Shown: positions 51,354 to 60,933 of the stretch, piece by piece
How positions within the stretch are numbered: position 1 is the first letter of the stretch
Layout: every line of letters begins with the position of its first letter
Assembly (NCBI GenBank): GCA_036918135.1
Contig: JBALDB010000053.1
Location: 64,001 to 128,000, forward strand
Direction: 5' to 3'
DNA from: Nostoc sp.
GTDB lineage: Bacteria; Cyanobacteriota; Cyanobacteriia; Cyanobacteriales; Nostocaceae
Length of the DNA: 64,000 bases
Position numbers and translations under genes: made by a program
Notes under the pieces: generated by a model
What the model was told of the DNA's origin: nothing
The model's input: the letters and a program-made list of their open reading frames with translations, nothing else
Database searches by the model: none

Positions 51354-51739
51354 TAGAGGGGCGTACTATTGCATACCTAAGGTAAGCTATACCAATGGAA
51401 TTACTCAAGTTTATAATCTTTAGTTAATTAAAAATCCCGTAATTTTAGTAGTCTAATAAAACACAAGTATAAGTATCTGGATAGCACTTAGACATTTGAT
51501 AAACAGATGTAGCTCCGCTACATAGAATTTAGATGATTTCAATTAATTCTAATGGAGATAGAAAACAAGATACTGTCTCTAGGGAAACAGTTCTAGCAGT
51601 CAACCAAGCCGGATTAACCCAGGTTAAAAAAGTTCGTAGTAAGCACTTTAGTGCTGAAATCGAGGCAAATACTCAAACAATTATTAATTACAGCCAATAT
51701 TCTGATAAAATCCTTTGAATATTAATAGTTAAGCTAACT

Positions 51740-52417
51740 ATGACAAGTGCATCTAACATTTTTCTAGCTGGCGCGAGTCGCGGCGTAGGTCGAGAAATTG
51801 CTCAATATTTAAGGGCGCAACAGCTAAAGGTAAAAGCACTCTTGAGAACACTAACAGTTGCTAGTGAATTAGAAAAAATTGGTATTCAAGTAGTTCAGGG
51901 AGATGCCTTAAATGTTGAGGATCTAAAACGTGCAATCCAAGCAGAGGAACCTATTGATACTGTTATCAGTACAATTGGCGGTTTACCAGCAGACGTTGAA
52001 AGACCAGACTACCCCGGTAATAAAAATTTAATTGACGTAGCAGTGAAAGCTGGAGTCCAAAAGTTTATTCTTGTGTCTTCCATTGGTGCTGGCAATAGTA
52101 TAAGCGCTTTGTCTCCCCAAGCTTTAGCAGCACTGGGGACAGTTTTAGCTGAGAAAAACAAAGCTGAACAATACTTAGTTGCTAGCGGACTAACCTATAC
52201 CGTCGTTCGTCCTGGTGGACTTAAGTCAGAACCAGCAACCGGGAATGGCGTTTTAACTGAAGATCCGCACGTTATTGGTAGCATTAATCGCCAAGATGTA
52301 GCACAGTTAGTTTGTGGCTGTTTAAATAGCGATCGCGCTGCTAATAAAATCTTGTCAGCGGTAGACCGAAATATGCTATTTGGGCAAATAGAATTTGCAG
52401 AATTTAGCTTAGATTAA
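51740..52417 (+). CDS. NAD(P)-binding Rossmann (atypical SDR) protein
   Basis: AGASRGVG, VSSIG and RPGGL motifs. Confidence 0.88.
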   Translation: MTSASNIFLAGASRGVGREIAQYLRAQQLKVKALLRTLTVASELEKIGIQVVQGDALNVEDLKRAIQAEEPIDTVISTIGGLPADVERPDYPGNKNLIDVAVKAGVQKFILVSSIGAGNSISALSPQALAALGTVLAEKNKAEQYLVASGLTYTVVRPGGLKSEPATGNGVLTEDPHVIGSINRQDVAQLVCGCLNSDRAANKILSAVDRNMLFGQIEFAEFSLD

Positions 52418-52424
52418 TCGCTAA

Positions 52425-53474
52425 TCAGGCACGCCAACGAAGTATCTGACTCTTAACAGGGTTGACAAATTCCCGTCCTTCTGCAAGAGACCGGGCATAC
52501 TCGCGCTTCAACTGGTAATACCACTGCGCCTGCATATCTGAGTCTTTGATTAGTCGCAGCACCGGATTATATTTGAGTCCAATTTGCTGCTTTTCCACCA
52601 CCGCTCGGTCTTGTCCCAGAAAAGTCCGCGCCAAAACATGCAGCAATGGCTGGAAAAATCCCACCCAACGAAGTGTCGAGTAAAGAGTAAAAGTTACCTC
52701 GGTTTCTGTCTCTGAAATGGGTGTAACTGTGGTTAAATTAACGACTCGATGCTTGCCAATCGTGCTTTCTTCCACTCTGACTCCAGGTAAGCGAAAAGAA
52801 ATCTCTATTTCTGGTACACCACCGCCAATCAGCCAATATAATCGACCCCCATTCGCTGGTAATCGGTGTCGCGGTATTGTGAAACCATAGGGTGAAGCAT
52901 CAAATTGCTTCACTTCCTCATGCAATTGCTGATTTCGCCACCACCAGGATTGATGAACATAAGGTGAATGAGCCGGGTCCATTAAACCCACCACTGCATG
53001 ATCGATAAAACAGGGGAAGCGCATCACCTCTACAAACTGGGGCGATTGCTCATCGAATCCTGGAATTACCGGAATGTCCATTTCCGGAGGCTGGGGGCGA
53101 TCGCGATCGGGGATATATATCCAAATATTCCCTTGCATTTCCCGGACTGCATAGGACTGGACATCAAAGCGACTTAAATCCATCTTTTGTTCTTCCACAA
53201 GAGACGGGATCGCAGTACAGCGTCCACCAGAGTTAAAGCGCCAACCGTGGTAGCAGCATTCCACTTCCTGCCCATCGAATCGCCCGCAACTCAAGGGCAC
53301 AGCTCGATGCGGACAAATATCCGTCATTGCAGACACTTTCCCATCGCGATCGCGAATTAATAGCACCGGTTCTCCTAAGAAAATACGGCTCACCATCATA
53401 CCTGGCTTAATCTGATTGCTAGGCAGAGCATAGTACCAAATATTACGCAAGAAAAAGTTATCGTTATTTTTCAT
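52425..53474 (-). CDS. Rieske non-heme iron oxygenase
   Basis: CPH...CCYH Rieske site and DPAHSPYVH iron site; ATG at 53474. Confidence 0.9.
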   Translation of the reverse strand: MKNNDNFFLRNIWYYALPSNQIKPGMMVSRIFLGEPVLLIRDRDGKVSAMTDICPHRAVPLSCGRFDGQEVECCYHGWRFNSGGRCTAIPSLVEEQKMDLSRFDVQSYAVREMQGNIWIYIPDRDRPQPPEMDIPVIPGFDEQSPQFVEVMRFPCFIDHAVVGLMDPAHSPYVHQSWWWRNQQLHEEVKQFDASPYGFTIPRHRLPANGGRLYWLIGGGVPEIEISFRLPGVRVEESTIGKHRVVNLTTVTPISETETEVTFTLYSTLRWVGFFQPLLHVLARTFLGQDRAVVEKQQIGLKYNPVLRLIKDSDMQAQWYYQLKREYARSLAEGREFVNPVKSQILRWRA

Positions 53475-53754
53475 AATTAATATCAATTTAAGTAGAGCAA
53501 TGCAAATAAAGCTAACTAGCAAGAATCGTCATTTGTCATTTGTTATTGCTCATTTGTAAGGGTTTCACGTGTATTTACGTTTATTAATATAGTTTAGTTT
53601 ATTCTCCCCGATTTACTTGGATAAATAGGATGTTGGAGATGACTAGAACAGACTCCAAAATCTCAAATTCAAGATTGGGACGCTCAATTTTTAGACATGT
53701 TCCTAATTTTCTCAAATTTGGGATCATCTGCGAACATTCTAGGTATCAGGTTGA

Positions 53755-54192
53755 TTATTCACCAGAAATTTGGACAAATACTGTTCTTTTGCGCGGGCCA
53801 TCCAACTCAAAAAACAACACAGATTGCCAGGTTCCCAAAGCTAATTTACCATCGACAATCGGAATTATCTCACTAGTGCTGAGCATCATTGCCATTAAGT
53901 GAGAGTGAGCATTAATCGGTTCATCTTCTGGAACATCTCTTAAATGCAAATCATTATGCAAATAACTGTCTGATTCTGGTGCTAATTTTTGCAAAAATAC
54001 TTTTATATCTTCTAACAATCTGACTTCATTTTCGTTGATAGCTAAAGCTGTTGTAGTGTGTCGAGAGAATACTAAAACTTGTCCATTCTTAATTGATGTT
54101 GAAGCAATGAAATCTTTGATTTGTGGCGTTAGATTATAAATATTAATTTTTGGTTCAGTTTCAAGTTCAATTAATTTATGAATAATTGGCAT
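53755..54192 (-). CDS. yjbQ: YjbQ/UPF0047 protein
   Basis: HTT, NAHSH, LGTWQ and ELDGPR motifs. Confidence 0.9.
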   Translation of the reverse strand: MPIIHKLIELETEPKINIYNLTPQIKDFIASTSIKNGQVLVFSRHTTTALAINENEVRLLEDIKVFLQKLAPESDSYLHNDLHLRDVPEDEPINAHSHLMAMMLSTSEIIPIVDGKLALGTWQSVLFFELDGPRKRTVFVQISGE

Positions 54193-54282
54193 CTCTTAAT
54201 TAGATTTTTGATTTCATAAAAAGTATGCTAACACAGCGTAATGCCCGGAAAAATTTAATATTAACTTCTGGAAAGACTTGGG

Positions 54283-55464
54283 TTAATCGCGTCTCTCCAA
54301 GCTAACTATATTTTGCAAACCTTCCACTAATCTCTCTATACCTTCTTTTGCAGTCTCTTGTTGCAGCGCCCCATAAGCAACGCGTAGATAGCAGCCATTA
54401 TCTATGCCAAAGGTTGTACCTGGAATAACTGCTACTTTATATTCTTGAATGAGTCTTTTAACTAATTCAAAAGCATCAATTTGGGTATGAACTTTCAGGA
54501 AAAAATAAAAAGCACCATTGGCGGGTGTAATAGTACATAAACCTTGGAGACGCTTCAGCGAGTCTAATACTATTTGTCTTACTTGGGCAATCGCTCCAAT
54601 ATTTTCCTTGAAATACTCTTGTTTTGCCTGCAATGCTCCTAAAGCTGCATATTGGGAAATTACTGGTGGACAAATTAAAATTGTATCCTGGACTTTTTTG
54701 ACGGCGACAAGTAAGTGTTTAGGAATTACCATGTAGCCAATGCGCCAACTTGCAAAACCGTAAGCTTTGGAAAGGCTATAGAGAGAAATAGTGTACTTGC
54801 TACTACCAGCAAATGCAGCAGGTGAAATATGTTTTACTCGGTCATAAGTGAAGTATTCATAAGCTTCATCACTGATGTGATAAATGTTGGCAGTTCTACA
54901 GATTTCATTTACCTGGCGCAATGTGGCTTCACTATAGACAACCCCAGTGGGATTATTCGGTGAAATAGTTACCACAGCGCGGGTTTTGGGAGTAATTGCT
55001 TGAGAAATCGCTTCTATTCGCAATTGGTAATTTTCATCCGTTTCTACTAACACCGGACGACAACCAGCCATTGCGATCGCCATTTCGTGGTTGAAATAGT
55101 AAGGTGTATTTAAAATAATTTCATCGCCTGGGTTAGTGATCGCCAGAATGGCATTCATGAATCCCATATTGCTTCCCGCCGTCACGACGATGCAGTTTTC
55201 CTGATTGATTTCAATTCCATTGAACGCTTGCAATTTTTCTGCAAGTGCTGTCAGCAATGGCGGAATTCCTTCAACTGATTTATATAGATGATTAGCAGGT
55301 TCGGCAAGAAATTTTGGCAAAAACTCTATTGTTTCCGGTGGGGGGCTATAATAAACAACACCTTGTCCTAAAGAGATTGTTCCAGGAGAATTTTTAATCA
55401 GTTCCCCAACCACAGGAATAATCGGCGACTGTATCGCCTGCATACGAGAGGTTAGGGATTCCAT
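54283..55464 (-). CDS. Class I/II PLP-dependent aminotransferase
   Basis: SPNNPTG, SDEAY and SLSKAYGFASWRIG motifs. Confidence 0.92.
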   Translation of the reverse strand: MESLTSRMQAIQSPIIPVVGELIKNSPGTISLGQGVVYYSPPPETIEFLPKFLAEPANHLYKSVEGIPPLLTALAEKLQAFNGIEINQENCIVVTAGSNMGFMNAILAITNPGDEIILNTPYYFNHEMAIAMAGCRPVLVETDENYQLRIEAISQAITPKTRAVVTISPNNPTGVVYSEATLRQVNEICRTANIYHISDEAYEYFTYDRVKHISPAAFAGSSKYTISLYSLSKAYGFASWRIGYMVIPKHLLVAVKKVQDTILICPPVISQYAALGALQAKQEYFKENIGAIAQVRQIVLDSLKRLQGLCTITPANGAFYFFLKVHTQIDAFELVKRLIQEYKVAVIPGTTFGIDNGCYLRVAYGALQQETAKEGIERLVEGLQNIVSLERRD

Positions 55465-55659
55465 GTTTCCATGTCCGAGGTGGCTATAGTATCTTTTGCT
55501 GGAGAAGAACCGATTAGTCGTAATATTTATTTAAGCGATCGCAACTAGTCAGGCGTAATTCTATCAAGTTGTTTGTTGCTTAATTGCTTCTAGTCAATTT
55601 CAGCCACTTTGTCTTGCATGACTAAGAAATAATTTGCTATACTACAAACTCATTTTTAA

Positions 55660-55944
55660 TTAATAATCTTGTTTTTTCGACCAGTTACCTCGTGGGTTAT
55701 CCTCTCGTGGTTTTGCTTTGTTAACTCTCAGTTGACGACCCATCCATTCTGCACCATCCAATTCGGTGATGGCTGCGTCTTCTTGAGCATCTTCATTCAT
55801 ATCAACAAAGGCAAAGCCCCGCAGTCGTCCTGTTTCACGGTCAGTAGGCAAGACAACTCTTTTGACCTCGCCGTAGTCTGCAAACACTGCTCTTAAGTCT
55901 GCTTCAGTAGCGCGGTAGGAGAGATTTCCAACGTAAATAGTCAT
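55660..55944 (-). CDS. rbpD: RRM RNA-binding protein without Gly-rich tail (RbpD-like)
   Basis: RNP2 IYVGNL and RNP1 RGFAFV; ATG at 55944. Paralogue assignment is from memory. Confidence 0.8.
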   Translation of the reverse strand: MTIYVGNLSYRATEADLRAVFADYGEVKRVVLPTDRETGRLRGFAFVDMNEDAQEDAAITELDGAEWMGRQLRVNKAKPREDNPRGNWSKKQDY

Positions 55945-56265
55945 GTGAGATTGGGTAATTTTCAACAAAAAGCGATTAGTTCAGCTGAAAACAGATTTAA
56001 CAAAATTGCAAATATTGCATATTCCTCTCTGATTCACCAACCGTTTAGTGAATGTTTGAGGGGAGCAGTAAATCAGGTAGGATTGGCTGAACTTACACAT
56101 ACGCTCATATAATAACTGATTGTGACGTTTTTCAAAGTACGAGATTTTACAAACTCTTATTACATAAAATCAATATTTCTTACCCCCCACAGTCTTTGAT
56201 TCTCCAAGAGGTAAAGACCCAAAGGGACACCCAGAGGTAGGGTGAGATGGTTTGTCGCAAAACAG

Positions 56266-56357
56266 TAGACTTCTTGCATAAATCAAAAAAAGAACCCCAA
56301 AGAGCCTGCGGGGAGAGGCTAGGGGTGGGGTGTTAGAGAACTTTTGCAAGAGGTCTA
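56266..56357. mobile_element. MITE, short copy (92 bp)
   Basis: TIRs TAGACTTCTTGCATAA / TTTTGCAAGAGGTCTA; same internal AAAAAAAGAACCCCAAAGA as 34605-34726. Confidence 0.75.
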
Positions 56358-56386
56358 ATTAACTCAATTGGCGATTACCCAAGAAT

Positions 56387-56605
56387 TTAGTCAATCGCAA
56401 TCTGCTGAGGCCCAGTGGCTTTGCCGTTATGTGCCTCCGTTGTGTTGGAAGTGTAACTATTTGGGTAGATTTGTCGATCTAACCAGCTTTTAACGGGATC
56501 GTCTCCAAGATTGAGTCGAAGCACACCGGAGAATAACCCACCAAGAAATGACACTGGGTGCTGGGTAAATTCTCTGAATATAGGTGACAATTCATTAATG
56601 AACAT
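56387..56605 (-). CDS. Small conserved cyanobacterial protein
   Basis: CAGGAG RBS; FLGGLFSGVLRLNLGDDPVKSWL and GPQQIAID motifs. Confidence 0.75.
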   Translation of the reverse strand: MFINELSPIFREFTQHPVSFLGGLFSGVLRLNLGDDPVKSWLDRQIYPNSYTSNTTEAHNGKATGPQQIAID

Positions 56606-56791
56606 TAAAAGTCTCCTGGTTTTGCGTTCAAAAATTATTACTTGTTAATCAATCGTAACGTCTTAGGGAATGGGGGCATTGGGCATTGAAAGTGTGGGAG
56701 GGGTGGGAGGTGTGGGAGGATGGGGAAGAAATCTTTCCCCCCTCTCTCCCCACACTCCTCATCTCCCTATCTCCCTCACTCCCTACTCTTC

Positions 56792-59379
56792 TTATGAGCT
56801 TGGTTCCCGGTCGGGAAACATACACTTATCAGAGTCACAACCACTAGGGCCAGCCTCTGTCATTTCTCCTAAATCGTAGCGGCTTAGCACTCCACAGAAA
56901 TCATCTGTTTTGCGCCGTGCTTTTACTTCTTGAGTTAAGCGATCGCAGGTTGCTTTATCTATTGGTTCAAACGGCAAACGTGGGAATGATTGCAAATCGT
57001 CAAAGCGAGCTAAAAGAGCTGCGGAAATATATCCTTCATCGTCCTGGATGCTTTGGTAGATGCGCTCTGCAAGGCTTTCGACTTCATCAGAGCGGAGTTC
57101 TAAGGTTGCCGATGTGTTGTGAGTCACATAGGAGCGCTGAACCTGGAGGACAAAATCAAATTGGGCAAGGACTGAAAACTTAGAAATATCAATTTTATCA
57201 GCCCCAGGTAAATCAGCCCAAGGTACAGAAACGGGGATTTCCACAAGCCATTCACTAACCCGTGGATCGAAGGGATCGTTAAGTAAATTGCCTTGCTCGT
57301 CTTTATCTGATTGCGAAGGAATGACGTTGTAACCATAGTCAATGCAGGCTAAAGCTACCGGGTCATTTTTGCCGAAAGTGATGCGGCGGATAAATCTTTG
57401 GGCTTTGGGGGGATGCCATCCGGAACTCGCATTAGTTAATAAAGCCTTAGTACCGCTCGGTTGAACTGTAGTGCAGCGATTTGGACGTTTGAGATTGTGG
57501 CGATCGCAATAATCCCAAACAATTCGATGCACAGTATCTTTCCAAAAACTTAAATATTTCTCTTCCTCGTGCTTAAAAGCTAACCCTTGTGGAGTTGCAG
57601 GTCTTCCTGCTGACCACCAGCGCAGCCAATCAACACCAAAAGCATGGACAAAGAAATCAAATAAACCTGTAAAAGAAACTCCAACAATTGGGTCTATTTC
57701 ACGACTGTATTGATAGCGTGATTCCAGAAATTTGTGATTTAAAAGTGCAGCTACAGATAGCGCCCCAGTAGTGAAAGCCTCCTCTTGTTCTTTGTAGTTA
57801 TATGGGTCAATTTGATTGAGGTGAACCTCAGACAAATTACAGTGGAAATTAGAGCCGATGATTTCCAATTTTGTTATCCTAAAGGCTTTTTATCCTCTAG
57901 TTCTACTGCTTGATTATTTGCAGTAGTTCCGCGTACATTTTGCATATGTGACTTCATTAATAAAAGTACTTTTTACATATGTCCCCGCACTCTTGGAGAG
58001 ATTATATTCTAGAGAACAATTTTCGGTTTCATCTAGTTTCACTCTCTACGCTGTACGGTGTCAAAAGCTTTTTACTTCCTTTGATTACCACGGGATTAGC
58101 ATCTCAGCTTTCCCCGTTTTTGCGAGGTTTTTAACGTGAGGCAAAATCAATTACCACACGGATTTAGCCCATAGCGAGCCAAACGATGTTTTAGCTCTTT
58201 AGCATCAAGCTGAGGATAGCGTTCTTGGAACCATTGTTTTGCTGTTCCTTGTTCATAAGCTTTCAAAAAATCAATTTTTATAGCTTGTGTTGGCAACAAA
58301 TCTATATTTGCTCTGGCTACAGCTTCACCAGCCCATTGAATCGCACCTTCACCACTGTAATATTGTTTGCGAACAGCATCAATACATTCTTCTAATGTGG
58401 GCTTGCGGTGAAAAACTCTGGTATGATTTGCCATTCTCAAAGCATCCCGCTCTGGATCGATTCGCCAGTTGCCTTCTTTATCCTGTTGCCATAAGTTATC
58501 TTTGGCTGTTGCTGCCGAGCTATCCCCAGAATCAAACTGACGCATCCCCGCACTTCTTCTAATATTGCCAGCAACAATTGTCACTGCCGCTTGATCGATT
58601 AACAAACAACATTCAACTGAATTTAATTGTCGCCCTTTAGCTTTATTCAGAATGGATGCACAACCTTGATAAAGTCCTGGCAATTTTACAGGATTAGCAA
58701 CTCCGCCAAAGCCGTTAAGAGTTTCTCCAGCTTTGCGAACATCGCCCAGATCCACTAATACTTCAACATCTCCCGAAAAACGTTCGTTAGTGGAGAGTTC
58801 TAGGAGGGTTTGATATGATTCAACCCAGCCTTCACGGCTATCTCCAACATGGATAGTAACTTTGTTGCCTTCTATATGTGTTTGTGTATATTCCCGACGC
58901 TCAATTTTAAGAGTGCTACCAATTTCACCTTCTACAGTGACGTTCAAATGATTACGGATGGGGGGCAACTGGTTAATATATTGTGGTTCTAGAATGGCTC
59001 CAGTACCACAGCCCATCATCGCCAAATCCATCATTAAGCCGAAGGCACTCCAGTCTTCTAGATTGGTAGAGGTGCAATTATAACCCCCGGAAAAATTCTT
59101 TGGTTTAGTTATCCAGTCTGTACCACCAACCCATAACCAGCGACCACTGGGCATAGCTTTCAAGCTACGCTGCATCCGTTCTAGTATGGCAACTTCTTCT
59201 CTTGTGAGTTTCCCCAACTCGATTAAGCCTTGTAAAGTGCGATCGCATACCTCATCCCATGTTTCCCTCAACCCTGCCTTAGTACGGCGGCTATAGGTTC
59301 TAAAGAATACAGGATTAGCAGCGGGAGCAGTCTCTGGAAACCCTCTGCTCTGGCGTTTTGTTTCGAGCTTTTGAACCAT
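56792..59379 (-). CDS. nrdJ: Class II (B12-dependent) ribonucleotide reductase; exons 59379-58153 and 57865-56792 (766 aa after splicing)
   Basis: FFRTYSR, YNC, NIRRSA, NPCG|EIIG, CNL, TTVQPSGT and C-terminal CDSDKC. Removing the intron restores the frame exactly. Confidence 0.93.
57866..58152 (-). ncRNA. Group I self-splicing intron in nrdJ (287 nt, no ORF)
   Basis: P1 with U.G pair at the 5' splice site, P10, P3-P9 pairings and terminal omega-G at 57866 (details in findings). Confidence 0.92.
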
Positions 59380-59720
59380 AAATCAAGTCTTGTTGCGTGC
59401 GAACAGATTATGACTATACGCCAAGTAGATTTAGGATTAAAGATTGTCAAATTGTCCACTTTACGCTAGTGCTACCCCGTGCTATTTGCAACAGAACTTC
59501 ATGATATATAATATTTACCACTCCTAAGTAGAGTTTATCTACCAAGTTTTAATTATTGCAAATACTTTATAAGTAAATTTTCTCTCTATCTTGAGGCCGA
59601 TTGTGACTTATACAAGCTTGCGATCGCTCGGCGTAGATCCTGATTTTCTCATTTAAATTGCTATCAAAATTCATTTATAAAATAAAGATGTACTAATGAC
59701 TGAGGAACGGTAAATCCATC

Positions 59721-60461
59721 ATGCTAGAGTACAATCCATTAGCTTGTTTACCCTCATCTGAGGAACTGCCAGACTCTGACGATACGCCAGTGGATAATGA
59801 ATTACAAGATTTAATTCCCGGTTTACTCAAAGCAATACTCGCAATGGCATGGTCAGAAAGAATGGATTGGTTTTTTGGCGTAGATATGGGGATTTATTAT
59901 GACCCAGATTTAGTGCCAATCGTGCCAGATGGGTTTTTGAGTTTGGGTGTAGAGCGATTTTATGATGAAGATCTCCGCCCCAGTTATGTGCTTTGGGAAG
60001 AGAAGAAATTACCGATATTAGTGTTGGAGGTAGTATCTAAAACATATCGTGGTGAGTACTCGACCAAAAAAGCAGAGTATGCAAGATTGGGAATTTTGTA
60101 TTATGTAGTTTATAACCCATTTCGTCGCCGCAAGCCACATTTAGAAGTTTACAAATTAGTTAACAATGTTTATAAATTACATGATGGGAATCCAGTTTGG
60201 TTGCCAGAAATAGGTTTAGGAATTGGCATTGAACGAGGAACTTATCTAGGCATACCACGCGAGTGGATGTATTGGTACAATCAACAAAGACAACGGTTTT
60301 TAACACCAGAAGAAGACAAAAAACTTGCTCAACAAGAAACCCAGGAAGCTAAACAAGAAGCGCAGCAAGCTAAACAAGAAGCACAACAAGCTAAACGACG
60401 TGCTGAATTATTAGCAGAACGGTTGCGATCGCTCGGCATAGATCCTGATTCTCTCACCTGA
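59721..60461 (+). CDS. Uma2-family endonuclease with coiled-coil tail
   Basis: VPDGFL, VLEVVS and EY..K motifs; QQEAQQAK repeats. Confidence 0.92.
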   Translation: MLEYNPLACLPSSEELPDSDDTPVDNELQDLIPGLLKAILAMAWSERMDWFFGVDMGIYYDPDLVPIVPDGFLSLGVERFYDEDLRPSYVLWEEKKLPILVLEVVSKTYRGEYSTKKAEYARLGILYYVVYNPFRRRKPHLEVYKLVNNVYKLHDGNPVWLPEIGLGIGIERGTYLGIPREWMYWYNQQRQRFLTPEEDKKLAQQETQEAKQEAQQAKQEAQQAKRRAELLAERLRSLGIDPDSLT

Positions 60462-60614
60462 TTTTCTCCAAAGAAACTCCAACATATAAATCATCTAATC
60501 TTGTGAGGTAGGCAACATGAGCGCCCAGTTTCCATGACGGGCAAGACGCCTATCCTACAAGAAATATTAGGATATTTTATTACTTAAAAATCCCTAAAAA
60601 CTCGTTCATAAATA

Positions 60615-60866
60615 TTAAAGACTCGTTAACGGAGTTCAGAGGTGGATGAATCCAGTTCAAATACTCATTCACGGAGTTCAGAGGTGGATGAATCCAGTTC
60701 AAATACTCGTTAACGGAGTTCAGAGGTGGATGAATTCAGTTCAAATACTCGTTAACGGAGTTCAGAGGTGGATGAATCCAGTTCAAACACTCGTTAACGG
60801 AGTTCAAAGGTGGATGAATCCAGTTCAAATACTCATTCACGAATATCAAAGACTCATTGCAGCAGT
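60615..60866. repeat. 21-bp tandem array, about 12 units alternating A/B (42-bp period), same family as 49066-49390
   Basis: A = TCAAATACTCGTTAACGGAGT, B = TCAGAGGTGGATGAATCCAGT. Confidence 0.92.
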
Positions 60867-60933
60867 TTTCATTTACTTAAATCACACTCTTGCCTTCTTT
60901 GCGCCTCTGCGTGACATAAAAATCTTTCAGTAA

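Noticed and set aside
57948..58139. ORF inside the intron as a homing endonuclease
   Set aside because: 63 aa, on the strand opposite the intron, overlaps the ribozyme core, and has no HNH, GIY-YIG or LAGLIDADG motif.
56792..59379. nrdJ as a pseudogene, a two-gene split or an intein-containing gene
   Set aside because: The 287-nt insert is not a multiple of 3 and has stops, so it is not an intein. It folds as a group I intron whose removal restores the frame.
59400..59600. NrdR boxes or a B12 riboswitch upstream of nrdJ
   Set aside because: No convincing match to either consensus by eye.
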